In this document: positions 24,201 to 35,800 of the stretch, piece by piece
Position numbering within the stretch: position 1 is the first letter of the stretch
Layout of the letters: each line of letters opens with the position of its first letter
NCBI GenBank assembly: GCA_964016885.1
Contig: OZ024744.1
Location: 127,596,001 to 127,660,000 of the forward strand
From: Eledone cirrhosa
Lineage: Eukaryota
Direction of reading: 5' to 3'
DNA: 64,000 nt
Position numbers and translations under genes: made by a program
The notes under the pieces: generated by a model
The model's input: only the letters and a program-made list of their open reading frames with translations
What the model was told of the DNA's origin: nothing
Databases searched by the model: none

Positions 24201-27200
24201 GGGTTAAGTTAAGTTGGGGTTAAGGTAAGTTGGGGTTATGTTAAGTTGGGGCTAAGTTAAGTTGGGGCTAAGTTAAGTTGGGGCTGAGTTAAGTTGGGGT
24301 TAAGTTAAGTTGGGGTTGAGTTAAGTTGGGGTTAAGTTAAGTTGGGGTTAATTTAAGTTGGGGTTAAGTTAAGTTGGGGTTAAGATAAGTTGGGGTTAAG
24401 TTAAGTTGGGGTTACGTTAAGTTGGGGTTGAGTTAATTTGGGGTTAAGTTAAGTTGGGGTTAACTGAAGTTGGGGTTAAGTTGGGGTTAAGTTAAGTTGG
24501 GGGTAGGTTAAGTTGGGGGCAAGTTAAGTTGGGGTTAAGTTAAGTTGGGGTTAAGTTAAGTTGGGGGTAAGTTAAGTCGGGGTTAAGTTAAGTTGGGGTT
24601 AAGTTAAGTTGGGTTTAAGTTAAGTTGGGGCTAAGTTAAGTTGGGGCTAAGTTAAGTTGGGACTGAGTTAAGTTGGGGGTAAGTTAAGTTGGGTGTAAGT
24701 TAAGTTGGGGTTCAGTTCAGTTGGGGTTAAGTTAAGTTGGGGTTAAGTTAAGCTGGGGTTAAGTTAAGTTGGGGTTTAGTTAAGTTGGGGTTAAGTTAAG
24801 TTGGGGTTAAGTTAAGTTGGGGTTAAGTTAAGTTGGGGTTAAGTTAAGTTGGGGGTAAGTTAAGTTGGGGGTAAGTAAAATGGGGGCAAGTTAAGTTGGG
24901 GTTAAGTTAAGTTGGGGTTAAGTTAAGTTGGGGTTAAGTTAAGTTAGGGTTAATTTCAGTTGGGGTTAAGTTAAGTTGGGGTTAAGTTAAGTTAGGGTTA
25001 ATTTAAGTTGGGGTTATGTTAAGTTGGGGTTAAGTTAAGTTGGGGTTAAGTTAAGTTGGTGTTAAGTAAAGTTGAGGTTAAGTTAAGTTGTGGGTTAAGT
25101 TAAGTTGGGGTTAAGTTAAGTTGGGGGTAAGTTAAGTTGGGTGTAAGTTAAGTTGGGTGTAAGTTAAGTTGGGGTTAAGTTAAGTTGGGGTTCAGTTCAG
25201 TTGGGGTTAAGTTAAGTTGGGGTTAAGTTAAGCTGGGGGTAAGTTAAGTTCGGGTTAAGTTAAGTTGGGGTTAAGTTAAGTTGGGGTTAAGTTAAGTCGG
25301 GGTTAAGTTAAGTTGGAGTTAAGTTAAGTTGGAGTTAAGTTAAGTTGGGGTTAAGCTAAGTTGGGGTTCAGTTAAGTTGGGGTTAAGTTAATTTGGGGCT
25401 GAGTTAAGTTGGGGTTAAGTTAAGTTCGGGTTGAGTTAAGTTGGGGTTAAGTTAAGTTGGGGTTTAGTTAAGTTGGGGTTAAGTTAAGTTGGGGTTAAGA
25501 TAAGTTGGGGTTAAGTTAAGTTGGGGTTAATTTAAGTTGGGGTTGAGTTAATTTGGGTTTAAGTTAAGTTGGGCTTAACTTAAGTTGGGGTTAAGTTGGG
25601 GTTAAGTTAAGTTGGGGTTAAGTTAAGTTGGGGGTAAGTTAAGTTGGGGGCAAGTTAAGTTGGGGTTAATTTAAGTTGGGGTTAAGTTAAGTTGGGTTTA
25701 TGTTAAGTTGGGGTTAAGTTAAGTTGGGGTTAAGTTAAAGTTGGGGTTAAGTTAAGTTGGGGTAAAGTTAAGTTGGGGTTAAATTAAGTTGAGGTTAAGT
25801 TAATTTGGGCTTAAGTTAAGTTGGGGTTAAGTTAAGTTGGGGGTAAGATAAGTTGGGGCTAAGTTAAGTTGGGGCTAAGTCAAGTTGGGGTTAAGTCAAA
25901 TTGAGGTTAACTTAAGTTGGGGTTAAGTTAAGTTGGGGTTAAGTTAAGTTGGGGTTAAGGTAAGTTGGGGTTAAGTTAAGTTGGGGCTAAGTTAAGTTGG
26001 GGCTAAGTTAAGTTGGGGCTGAGTTAAGTTGGGGTTAAGTTGGGGTTGAGTTAAGTTGGGGTTAAGTTAAGTTGGGATTAAGTTAAGTTGGGGTTAAGTT
26101 AAGTTCGGGTTGAGTTAAGTTGGGGTTAAGTTAAGTTGGGGTTAATTTAAGTTGGGGTTAAGTTAAGTTGGGGTTAAGATAAGTTGGGGTTAAGTTAAGT
26201 TGGGGTTAAGTTAAGTTGGGGTTGAGTTAATTTGGGGTTAAGTTAAGTTGGGGTTAACTTAAGTTGGGGTTAAGTTAAGTTGGGGTTAAGTTAAGTTGGG
26301 GGTAAGTTAAGTTGGGGGCAAGTTGAGTTGGGGTTAAGTTAAGTTGGGGTTAAGTTAAGGTGGGGGTAAGTTAAGTTGGGGGTAAGTTAAGTTGGGGGTA
26401 AGTTAAGTTGGGGTTAAGTTAAGTTGGGTTTAAGTTAAGTTGGGGCTAAGTTTAGTTGGGGTTAAGTTAAGTTGGGGGTAAGTTAAGTTGGGGTTGAGTT
26501 AAGTTGGGGTTAACTTAAGTTGGGGTTAAGTTGGGGTTAAGTTAAGTTGGGGTTAAATTAAGTTGGGGGTTAGTTAAGTTGGGGCAAGTTAAGTTGGGGT
26601 TAATTTAAGTTGGGGTTAAGTTAAGTTGGGGTTATGTTAAGTTGGGGTTAAGTTAAGTTGGGGTTAAGTTAAGTTGGGGGTAAATTAAGTTGGGGTTAAG
26701 TTAAGTTGGGGGTAAGTTAAGTTGAGGGTAAGTTAAGTTGGGGTTAAGTTAAGTTGGGGTTAAATTAAGTTGGGGGTAAGTTAAGTTGGGGGTAAGTTAA
26801 GTTGGGGTTAAGTTAAGTTGGGGTTAAATTAAGTTGAGGTTAAGTTAAGTTGGGGTTAAGTTAAGTTGGGGTTAAGTTAAGTTGGGGGTAAGATAAGTTG
26901 GGGCTAAGTTAAGTTGGGGCTAAGTCAAGTTGGGGTTAAGTCAAGTTGAGGTTAACTTAAGTTGGGGTTAAGTTAAGTTGGGGTTAAGTTAAGTTGGGGT
27001 TAAGGTAAGTTGGGTTTATGTTAAGTTGGGGCTAAGTTAAGTTGGGGCTAAGTTAAGTTGGGGCTGAGTTAAGTTGGGGTTAAGTTAAGTTGGGGTTGAG
27101 TTAAGTTGGGGTTAAGTTAAGTTGGGGTTAATTTAAGTTGGGGTTAAGTTAAGTTGGGGTTAAGATAAGTTGGGGTTAAGTTAAGTTGGGGTTACGTTAA

Positions 27201-30200
27201 GTTGGGGTTGAGTTAATTTGGGGTTAAGTTAAGTTGGGGTTAACTTAAGTTGGGGTTAAGTTGGGGTTAAGTTAAGTTGGGGGTAGGTTAAGTTGGGGGC
27301 AAGTTAAGTTGGGGTTAAGTTAAGTTGGGGTTAAGTTAAGTTGGGGGTAAGTTAAGTCGGGGTTAAGTTAAGTTGGGGTTAAGTTAAGTTGGGTTTAAGT
27401 TAAGTTGGGGCTAAGTTAAGTTGGGGCTAAGTTAAGTTGGGACTGAGTTAAGTTGGGGGTAAGTTAAGTTGGGTGTAAGTTAAGTTGGGGTTCAGTTCAG
27501 TTGGGGTTAAGTTAAGTTGGGGTTAAGTTAAGCTGGGGTTAAGTTAAGTTGGGGTTTAGTTAAGTTGGGGTTAAGTTAAGTTGGGGTTAAGTTAAGTTGG
27601 GGTTGAGTTAAGTTGGGGTTAAGTTAAGTTGGGGTTAAGTTAAGTTGGGGTTAAGTTAAGTTGGGGGTAAGTTAAGTTGGGGGTAAGTAAAATGGGGGCA
27701 AGTTAAGTTGGGGTTAAGTTAAGTTGGGGTTAAGTTAAGTTAGGGTTAATTTCAGTTGGGGTTAAGTTAAGTTGGGGTTAAGTTAAGTTAGGGTTAATTT
27801 AAGTTGGGGTTATGTTAAGTTGGGGTTAAGTTAAGTTGGGGTTAAGTTAAGTTGGTGTTAAGTAAAGTTGGGGTTAAGTTAAGTTGTGGGTTAAGTTAAG
27901 TTGGGGTTAAGTTAAGTTGGGGTTAAGTTAAGTTGGTGTTAAGTAAAGTTGGGCTTAAGTTAAGTTGGGTTTGAGTTAAGTTGGGGCTAAGTTAAGTTAG
28001 GGCTAAGTTAAGTTGGGGTTAAGTTAAGTTGGGGCTAGGTTAAGTTGGGTCTAAGTTAAGTTGGGGTTAAGTTAAGTTGGGGTTAAGTTAAGTTGGGGTT
28101 AAATTAAGTTGGGGTTAAGCTAAGTTGGGGTTAAGTTAATTTGCGGTTAAGTTAGGTTGTGGGTTAAGTTAAGTTGGGGTTAAGTTAAGCTGGGGTTAAG
28201 TTGGGGTAAGTTAAGTTGGGGGTAAGTTAAGTTGGGGTTAAGTTAAGTTGGGGTTAAGTTAAGTTGGGGTTAAGTTAAGTTGGGGTTAAGTTAAGTTGGG
28301 GTTGAGTTAAGTTGGGGTTGAGTTAAGTTGGGGTTAAGTTAAGTTGGGGTTAAGTTAAGTTGGGGTTAAGTTAAGTTGGGGGTAAGTTAAGTTGGGGGCA
28401 AGTTAAGTTGGGGTTAAGTTAAGTTGGGGTTAAGTTAAGTTGGGGTTAAGTTAAGTTGGGGTTAAGTTAAGTTGGGGTTAAATTAAGTTGGGGTTAAGTT
28501 AAGTTGGGGTTAAGTTAAGTTGGGGTTAAATTAAGTTGGGGTTCAGTTAAGTTGGGGTTAAATTAAGTTGGGGTTAAGTTAAGTTGGGGTTAGTTAAGTT
28601 GGGGTTAAGTTAAGTTGGGGTTAATTTCAGTTGGGGTTATGTTAAGTTGGGGTTAAGTTAAGTTGGGGTTAAGTTAAAGTTGGGGTTAAGTTAAGTTGGG
28701 GTAAAGTTAAGTTAGGGTTAAGTTAAGTTGGGGTTAAGTTAAGTTGGGGTTAAATTAAGTTGGGGTTAAGTTAAGTTGGGGTTAAGTTAAGTTGGGGTTA
28801 AATTAAGTTGGGGTTCAGTTAAGTTGGGGTTAAATTAAGTTGGGGTTAAGTTAAGTTGGGGTTAGTTAAGTTGGGGTTAAGTTAAGTTGGGGTTAAGTTA
28901 AGTTAGGGTTAATTTAAGTTGGGGTTATGTTAAGTTGGGGTTAAGTTAAGTTGGGGTTAAGTTAAGTTGGTGTTAAGTAAAGTTGAGGTTAAGTTAAGTT
29001 GTGGGTTAAGTTAAGTTGGGGTTAAGTTAAGTTGGGGGTAAGTTAAGTTGGGTGTAAGTTAAGTTGGGTGTAAGTTAAGTTGGGGTTAAGTTAAGTTGGG
29101 GTTCAGTTCAGTTGGGGTTAAGTTAAGTTGGGGTTAAGTTAAGCTGGGGGTAAGTTAAGTTCGGGTTAAGTTAAGTTGGGGTTAAGTTAAGTTGGGGTTA
29201 AGTTAAGTCGGGGTTAAGTTAAGTTGGAGTTAAGTTAAGTTGGAGTTAAGTTAAGTTGGGGTTAAGCTAAGTTGGGGTTCAGTTAAGTTGGGGTTAAGTT
29301 AATTTGGGGCTGAGTTAAGTTGGGGTTAAGTTAAGTTCGGGTTGAGTTAAGTTGGGGTTAAGTTAAGTTGGGGTTTAGTTAAGTTGGGGTTAAGTTAAGT
29401 TGGGGTTAAGATAAGTTGGGGTTAAGTTAAGTTGGGGTTAATTTAAGTTGGGGTTGAGTTAATTTGGGTTTAAGTTAAGTTGGGCTTAACTTAAGTTGGG
29501 GTTAAGTTGGGGTTAAGTTAAGTTGGGGTTAAGTTAAGTTGGGGGTAAGTTAAGTTGGGGGCAAGTTAAGTTGGGGTTAATTTAAGTTGGGGTTAAGTTA
29601 AGTTGGGTTTATGTTAAGTTGGGGTTAAGTTAAGTTGGGGTTAAGTTAAAGTTGGGGTTAAGTTAAGTTGGGGTAAAGTTAAGTTGGGGTTAAATTAAGT
29701 TGAGGTTAAGTTAATTTGGGCTTAAGTTAAGTTGGGGTTAAGTTAAGTTGGGGGTAAGATAAGTTGGGGCTAAGTTAAGTTGGGGCTAAGTCAAGTTGGG
29801 GTTAAGTCAAATTGAGGTTAACTTAAGTTGGGGTTAAGTTAAGTTGGGGTTAAGTTAAGTTGGGGTTAAGGTAAGTTGGGGTTAATTTAAGTTGGGGCTA
29901 AGTTAAGTTGGGGCTAAGTTAAGTTGGGGCTGAGTTAAGTTGGGGTTAAGTTGGGGTTGAGTTAAGTTGGGGTTAAGTTAAGTTGGGATTAAGTTAAGTT
30001 GGGGTTAAGTTAAGTTCGGGTTGAGTTAAGTTGGGGTTAAGTTAAGTTGGGGTTAATTTAAGTTGGGGTTAAGTTAAGTTGGGGTTAAGATAAGTTGGGG
30101 TTAAGTTAAGTTGGGGTTAAGTTAAGTTGGGGTTGAGTTAATTTGGGGTTAAGTTAAGTTGGGGTTAACTTAAGTTGGGGTTAAGTTAAGTTGGGGTTAA

Positions 30201-31838
30201 GTTAAGTTGGGGGTAAGTTAAGTTGGGGGCAAGTTGAGTTGGGGTTAAGTTAAGTTGGGGTTAAGTTAAGGTGGGGGTAAGTTAAGTTGGGGGTAAGTTA
30301 AGTTGGGGGTAAGTTAAGTTGGGGTTAAGTTAAGTTGGGTTTAAGTTAAGTTGGGGCTAAGTTTAGTTGGGGTTAAGTTAAGTTGGGGGTAAGTTAAGTT
30401 GGGGTTGAGTTAAGTTGGGGTTAACTTAAGTTGGGGTTAAGTTGGGGTTAAGTTAAGTTGGGGTTAAATTAAGTTGGGGGTTAGTTAAGTTGGGGCAAGT
30501 TAAGTTGGGGTTAATTTAAGTTGGGGTTAAGTTAAGTTGGGGTTATGTTAAGTTGGGGTTAAGTTAAGTTGGGGTTAAGTTAAGTTGGGGGTAAATTAAG
30601 TTGGGGTTAAGTTAAGTTGGGGGTAAGTTAAGTTGAGGGTAAGTTAAGTTGGGGTTAAGTTAAGTTGGGGTTAAATTAAGTTGGGGGTAAGTTAAGTTGG
30701 GGGTAAGTTAAGTTGGGGTTAAGTTAAGTTGGGGTTAAATTAAGTTGAGGTTAAGTTAAGTTGGGGTTAAGTTAAGTTGGGGTTAAGTTAAGTTGGGGGT
30801 AAGATAAGTTGGGGCTAAGTTAAGTTGGGGCTAAGTCAAGTTGGGGTTAAGTCAAGTTGAGGTTAACTTAAGTTGGGGTTAAGTTAAGTTGGGGTTAAGT
30901 TAAGTTGGGGTTAAGGTAAGTTGGGTTTATGTTAAGTTGGGGCTAAGTTAAGTTGGGGCTAAGTTAAGTTGGGGCTGAGTTAAGTTGGGGTTAAGTTAAG
31001 TTGGGGTTGAGTTAAGTTGGGGTTAAGTTAAGTTGGGGTTAATTTAAGTTGGGGTTAAGTTAAGTTGGGGTTAAGATAAGTTGGGGTTAAGTTAAGTTGG
31101 GGTTACGTTAAGTTGGGGTTGAGTTAATTTGGGGTTAAGTTAAGTTGGGGTTAACTTAAGTTGGGGTTAAGTTGGGGTTAAGTTAAGTTGGGGGTAGGTT
31201 AAGTTGGGGGCAAGTTAAGTTGGGGTTAAGTTAAGTTGGGGTTAAGTTAAGTTGGGGGTAAGTTAAGTCGGGGTTAAGTTAAGTTGGGGTTAAGTTAAGT
31301 TGGGTTTAAGTTAAGTTGGGGCTAAGTTAAGTTGGGGCTAAGTTAAGTTGGGACTGAGTTAAGTTGGGGGTAAGTTAAGTTGGGTGTAAGTTAAGTTGGG
31401 GTTCAGTTCAGTTGGGGTTAAGTTAAGTTGGGGTTAAGTTAAGCTGGGGTTAAGTTAAGTTGGGGTTTAGTTAAGTTGGGGTTAAGTTAAGTTGGGGTTA
31501 AGTTAAGTTGGGGTTGAGTTAAGTTGGGGTTAAGTTAAGTTGGGGTTAAGTTAAGTTGGGGTTAAGTTAAGTTGGGGGTAAGTTAAGTTGGGGGTAAGTA
31601 AAATGGGGGCAAGTTAAGTTGGGGTTAAGTTAAGTTGGGGTTAAGTTAAGTTAGGGTTAATTTCAGTTGGGGTTAAGTTAAGTTGGGGTTAAGTTAAGTT
31701 AGGGTTAATTTAAGTTGGGGTTATGTTAAGTTGGGGTTAAGTTAAGTTGGGGTTAAGTTAAGTTGGTGTTAAGTAAAGTTGGGGTTAAGTTAAGTTGTGG
31801 GTTAAGTTAAGTTGGGGTTAAGTTAAGTTGGGGTTAAG
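3276..31838 (+). repeat. 14,265-bp near-identical tandem duplication (copy 1 ~3276-17573, copy 2 ~17541-31838)
   Basis: Rare variants recur at exactly +14,265: GGGGTGAAG 3844/18109, TTACG 5830/20095, TAAAAT 6339/20604, 10611/24876, 13423/27688, 17334/31599, TTAGG 9153/23418, AACTGAAG 10201/24466. Identity breaks at 3275/17540 and 17574/31839. Confidence 0.93.
10693..17573 (+). repeat. Same 3,911-bp duplication within the first 14,265-bp copy; its second copy is truncated at the 14,265-bp junction
   Basis: TTAGGG 10729/14640, GTAAAGTTGAGG 10801/14712, TTACG 12930/16841 and TAAAAT 13423/17334 are all +3,911. Identity starts after 10692/14603 and stops at 17574. Confidence 0.88.
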
Positions 31839-32815
31839 TTAAGTTGGTGTTAAGTAAAGTTGGGCTTAAGTTAAGTTGGGTTTGAGTTAAGTTGGGGCTA
31901 AGTTAAGTTAGGGCTAAGTTAAGTTGGGGTTAAGTTAAGTTGGGGCTAGGTTAAGTTGGGTCTAAGTTAAGTTGGGGTTAAGTTAAGTTGGGGTTAAGTT
32001 AAGTTGGGGTTAAATTAAGTTGGGGTTAAGCTAAGTTGGGGTTAAGTTAATTTGCGGTTAAGTTAGGTTGTGGGTTAAGTTAAGTTGGGGTTAAGTTAAG
32101 CTGGGGTTAAGTTGGGGTAAGTTAAGTTGGGGGTAAGTTAAGTTGGGGTTAAGTTAAGTTGGGGTTAAGTTAAGTTGGGGTTAAGTTAAGTTGGGGTTAA
32201 GTTAAGTTGGGGTTGAGTTAAGTTGGGGTTGAGTTAAGTTGGGGTTAAGTTAAGTTGGGGTTAAGTTAAGTTGGGGTTAAGTTAAGTTGGGGGTAAGTTA
32301 AGTTGGGGGCAAGTTAAGTTGGGGTTAAGTTAAGTTGGGGTTAAGTTAAGTTGGGGTTAAGTTAAGTTGGGGTTAAGTTAAGTTGGGGTTAAATTAAGTT
32401 GGGGTTAAGTTAAGTTGGGGTTAAGTTAAGTTGGGGTTAAATTAAGTTGGGGTTCAGTTAAGTTGGGGTTAAATTAAGTTGGGGTTAAGTTAAGTTGGGG
32501 TTAGTTAAGTTGGGGTTAAGTTAAGTTGGGGTTAATTTCAGTTGGGGTTATGTTAAGTTGGGGTTAAGTTAAGTTGGGGTTAAGTTAAAGTTGGGGTTAA
32601 GTTAAGTTGGGGTAAAGTTAAGTTAGGGTTAAGTTAAGTTGGGGTTAAGTTAAGTTGGGGTTAAATTAAGTTGGGGTTAAGTTAAGTTGGGGTTAAGTTA
32701 AGTTGGGGTTAAATTAAGTTGGGGTTCAGTTAAGTTGGGGTTAAATTAAGTTGGGGTTAAGTTAAGTTGGGGTTAGTTAAGTTGGGGTTAAGTTAAGTTG
32801 GGGTTAAGTTAAGTT
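24958..32815 (+). repeat. 3,911-bp tandem duplication, complete (copy A ~24958-28904, copy B ~28869-32815)
   Basis: TAAAAT 27688/31599, TTACG 27195/31106 and GTTAG 28861/32772 are all +3,911. Identity breaks at 28905/32816. Confidence 0.88.
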
Positions 32816-35800
32816 GGGGTTAAGTTAAGTTGGGGTTAAGTTAAGTTGGCGTTAAGTTAAGTTGGGGTTAAGTTAAGTTGGGGTCAAATTAAGTTGGGGT
32901 TAAGTTAAGTTGGGGTTAATTTAAGTTGGGGTTAAGTTAAGTTGGGGTTAAGTTAAGTTGGAGTTAAGTCAAGTTGGGGTTAAGTCAAGTTGGGGTTAAG
33001 TCAAGTTGGGGTTAAGTCAAGTTGGGGTTAAGTTAAGTTGGGGTTAAGTTAAGTTGGGGTTAAGTTAAGTTGGGGGTAAGTTAAGTTGGGTGTAAGTTAA
33101 GTTGGGGTTAAGTTAAATTGGGGTTCAGTTCAGTTGGGGTTAAGTGAAGTTGGGGTTAAGTTAAGATGGGGGTAAGTTAAGTTGGGGTTAAGTTAAGTTG
33201 GGGTTAAGTTAAGTTGGGGTTAAGTTAAGTTGGGGTTAAGTTAAGTTGGAGTTAAGTTAAGTTGGAGTTAAGTTAAGTTGGGGTTAAGCTAAGTTGGGGT
33301 TCAGTTAAGTTGGGGTTAAGTTAATTTGGGGCTGAGTTAAGTTGGGGTTAAGTTAAGTTCGGGTTGAGTTAAGTTGGGGTTAAGTTAAGTTGGGGTTAAG
33401 TTAAGTTGGGGTTAAGTTAAGTTGGGGTTAAGATAAGTTGGGGTTAAGTTAAGTTGGGGTTAATTTAAGTTGGGGTTAAGTTGGGCTTAATTTAAGTTGG
33501 GGTTAAGTTGGGGGTAAGTTAAGTTGGGGGCAAGTTAAGTTGGGGTTAATTTAAGTTGGGGTTAAGTTAAGTTGGGGTTATGTTAAGTTGGGGTTAAGTT
33601 AAGTTGGGGTTAAGTTAAGTTGGGGGTAACTTAAGTTGGGGTTAAGTTAAGTTGAGGGTAAGTTAAGTTGAAGGTAAGTTAAGTTGAGGTTAAGTTAAGT
33701 TGGGGTTAAGTTAAGTTGGGGGTAAGTTAAGTTGGGTGTAAGTTAAGTTGGGGTTAAGTTAAGTTGGGGTTAAATTAAGTTGAGGTTAAGTTAATTTGGG
33801 ATTAAGTTAAGTTGGGGTTAAGTTAAGTGGGGGGTAAGATAAGTTGGGGCTAAGTTAAGTTGGGGCTAAGTCAAGTTGGGGTTAAGTCAAGTTGAGGTTA
33901 ACTTAAGTTGGGGTTAAGTTAAGTTGGGGCTAAGTTAAGTTGGGGTTAAGGTAAGTTGGGGTTAAGTTAAGTTGGGGTTCAGTTAAGTTGGGGTTAAGTT
34001 AATTTGGGGCTGAGTTAAGTTGGGGTTAAGTTAAGTTCGGGTTGAGTTAAGTTGGGGTTAAGTTAAGTTGGGGTTAAGTTAAGTTGGGGTTAAGTTAAGT
34101 TGGGGTTAAGATAAGTTGGGGTTAAGTTAAGTTGGGGTTAATTTAAGTTGGGGTTGAGTTAAGTTGGGGTTAAGTTAAGTTCGGGTTGAGTTAAGTTGGG
34201 GTTAAGTTAAGTTGGGGTTAAGTTAAGTTGGGGTTAAGTTAAGTTGGGGTTAAGATAAGTTGGGGTTAAGTTAAGTTGGGGCTAAGTTAAGTTGGGGCTG
34301 AGTTAATTTGGGGTTAAGTTGGGGTTGAGTTAAGTTGGGGTTAAGTTAAGTTGGGATTAAGTTAAGTTGGGGTTAAGTTAAGTTCGGGTTGAGTTAAGTT
34401 GGGGTTAAGTTAAGTTGGGGTTAATTTAAGTTGGGGTTAAGTTAAGTTGGGGTTAAGATAAGTTGGGGTTAAGTTAAGTTGGGGTTAAGTTAAGTTGGGG
34501 TTGAGTTAATTTGGGGTTAAGTTAAGTTGGGGTTAACTTAAGTTGGGGTTAAGTTAAGTTGGGGTTAAGTTAAGGTGGGGGTAAGTTAAGTTGGGGGTAA
34601 GTTAAGTTGGGGGTAAGTTAAGTTGGGGTTAAGTTAAGTTGGGTTTAAGTTAAGTTGGGGCTAAGTTTAGTTGGGGTTAAGTTAAGTTGGGGGTAAGTTA
34701 AGTTGGGGTTGAGTTAAGTTGGGGTTAACTTAAGTTGGGGTTAAGTTGGGGTTAAGTTAAGTTGGGGTTAAATTAAGTTGGGGGTTAGTTAAGTTGGGGC
34801 AAGTTAAGTTGGGGTTAATTTAAGTTGGGGTTAAGTTAAGTTGGGGTTATGTTAAGTTGGGGTTAAGTTAAGTTGGGGTTAAGTTAAGTTGGGGGTAAGT
34901 TAAGTTGGGGTTAAGTTAAGTTGGGGGTAAGTTAAGTTGAGGGTAAGTTAAGTTGGGGTTAAGTTAAGTTGGGGTTAAATTAAGTTGGGGGTAAGTTAAG
35001 TTGGGGGTAAGTTAAGTTGGGGTTAAGTTAAGTTGGGGTTAAATTAAGTTGAGGTTAAGTTAAGTTGGGGTTAAGTTAAGTTGGGGTTAAGTTAAGTTGG
35101 GGGTAAGATAAGTTGGGGCTAAGTTAAGTTGGGGCTAAGTCAAGTTGGGGTTAAGTCAAGTTGAGGTTAACTTAAGTTGGGGTTAAGTTAAGTTGGGGTT
35201 AAGTTAAGTTGGGGTTAAGTTAAGTTGGGGTTAAGGTAAGTTGGGGTTATGTTAAGTTGGGGCTAAGTTAAGTTGGGGCTAAGTTAAGTTGGGGCTGAGT
35301 TAAGTTGGGGTTAAGTTAAGTTGGGGTTGAGTTAAGTTGGGGTTAAGTTAAGTTGGGGTTAATTTAAGTTGGGGTTAAGTTAAGTTGGGGTTAAGATAAG
35401 TTGGGGTTAAGTTAAGTTGGGGTTACGTTAAGTTGGGGTTGAGTTAATTTGGGGTTAAGTTAAGTTGGGGTTAACTTAAGTTGGGGTTAAGTTGGGGTTA
35501 AGTTAAGTTGGGGGTAGGTTAAGTTGGGGGCAAGTTAAGTTGGGGTTAAGTTAAGTTGGGGTTAAGTTAAGTTGGGGGTAAGTTAAGTCGGGGTTAAGTT
35601 AAGTTGGGGTTAAGTTAAGTTGGGTTTAAGTTAAGTTGGGGCTAAGTTAAGTTGGGACTGAGTTAAGTTGGGGGTAAGTTAAGTTGGGTGTAAGTTAAGT
35701 TGGGGTTCAGTTCAGTTGGGGTTAAGTTAAGTTGGGGTTAAGTTAAGCTGGGGTTAAGTTAAGTTGGGGTTTAGTTAAGTTGGGGTTAAGTTAAGTTGGG

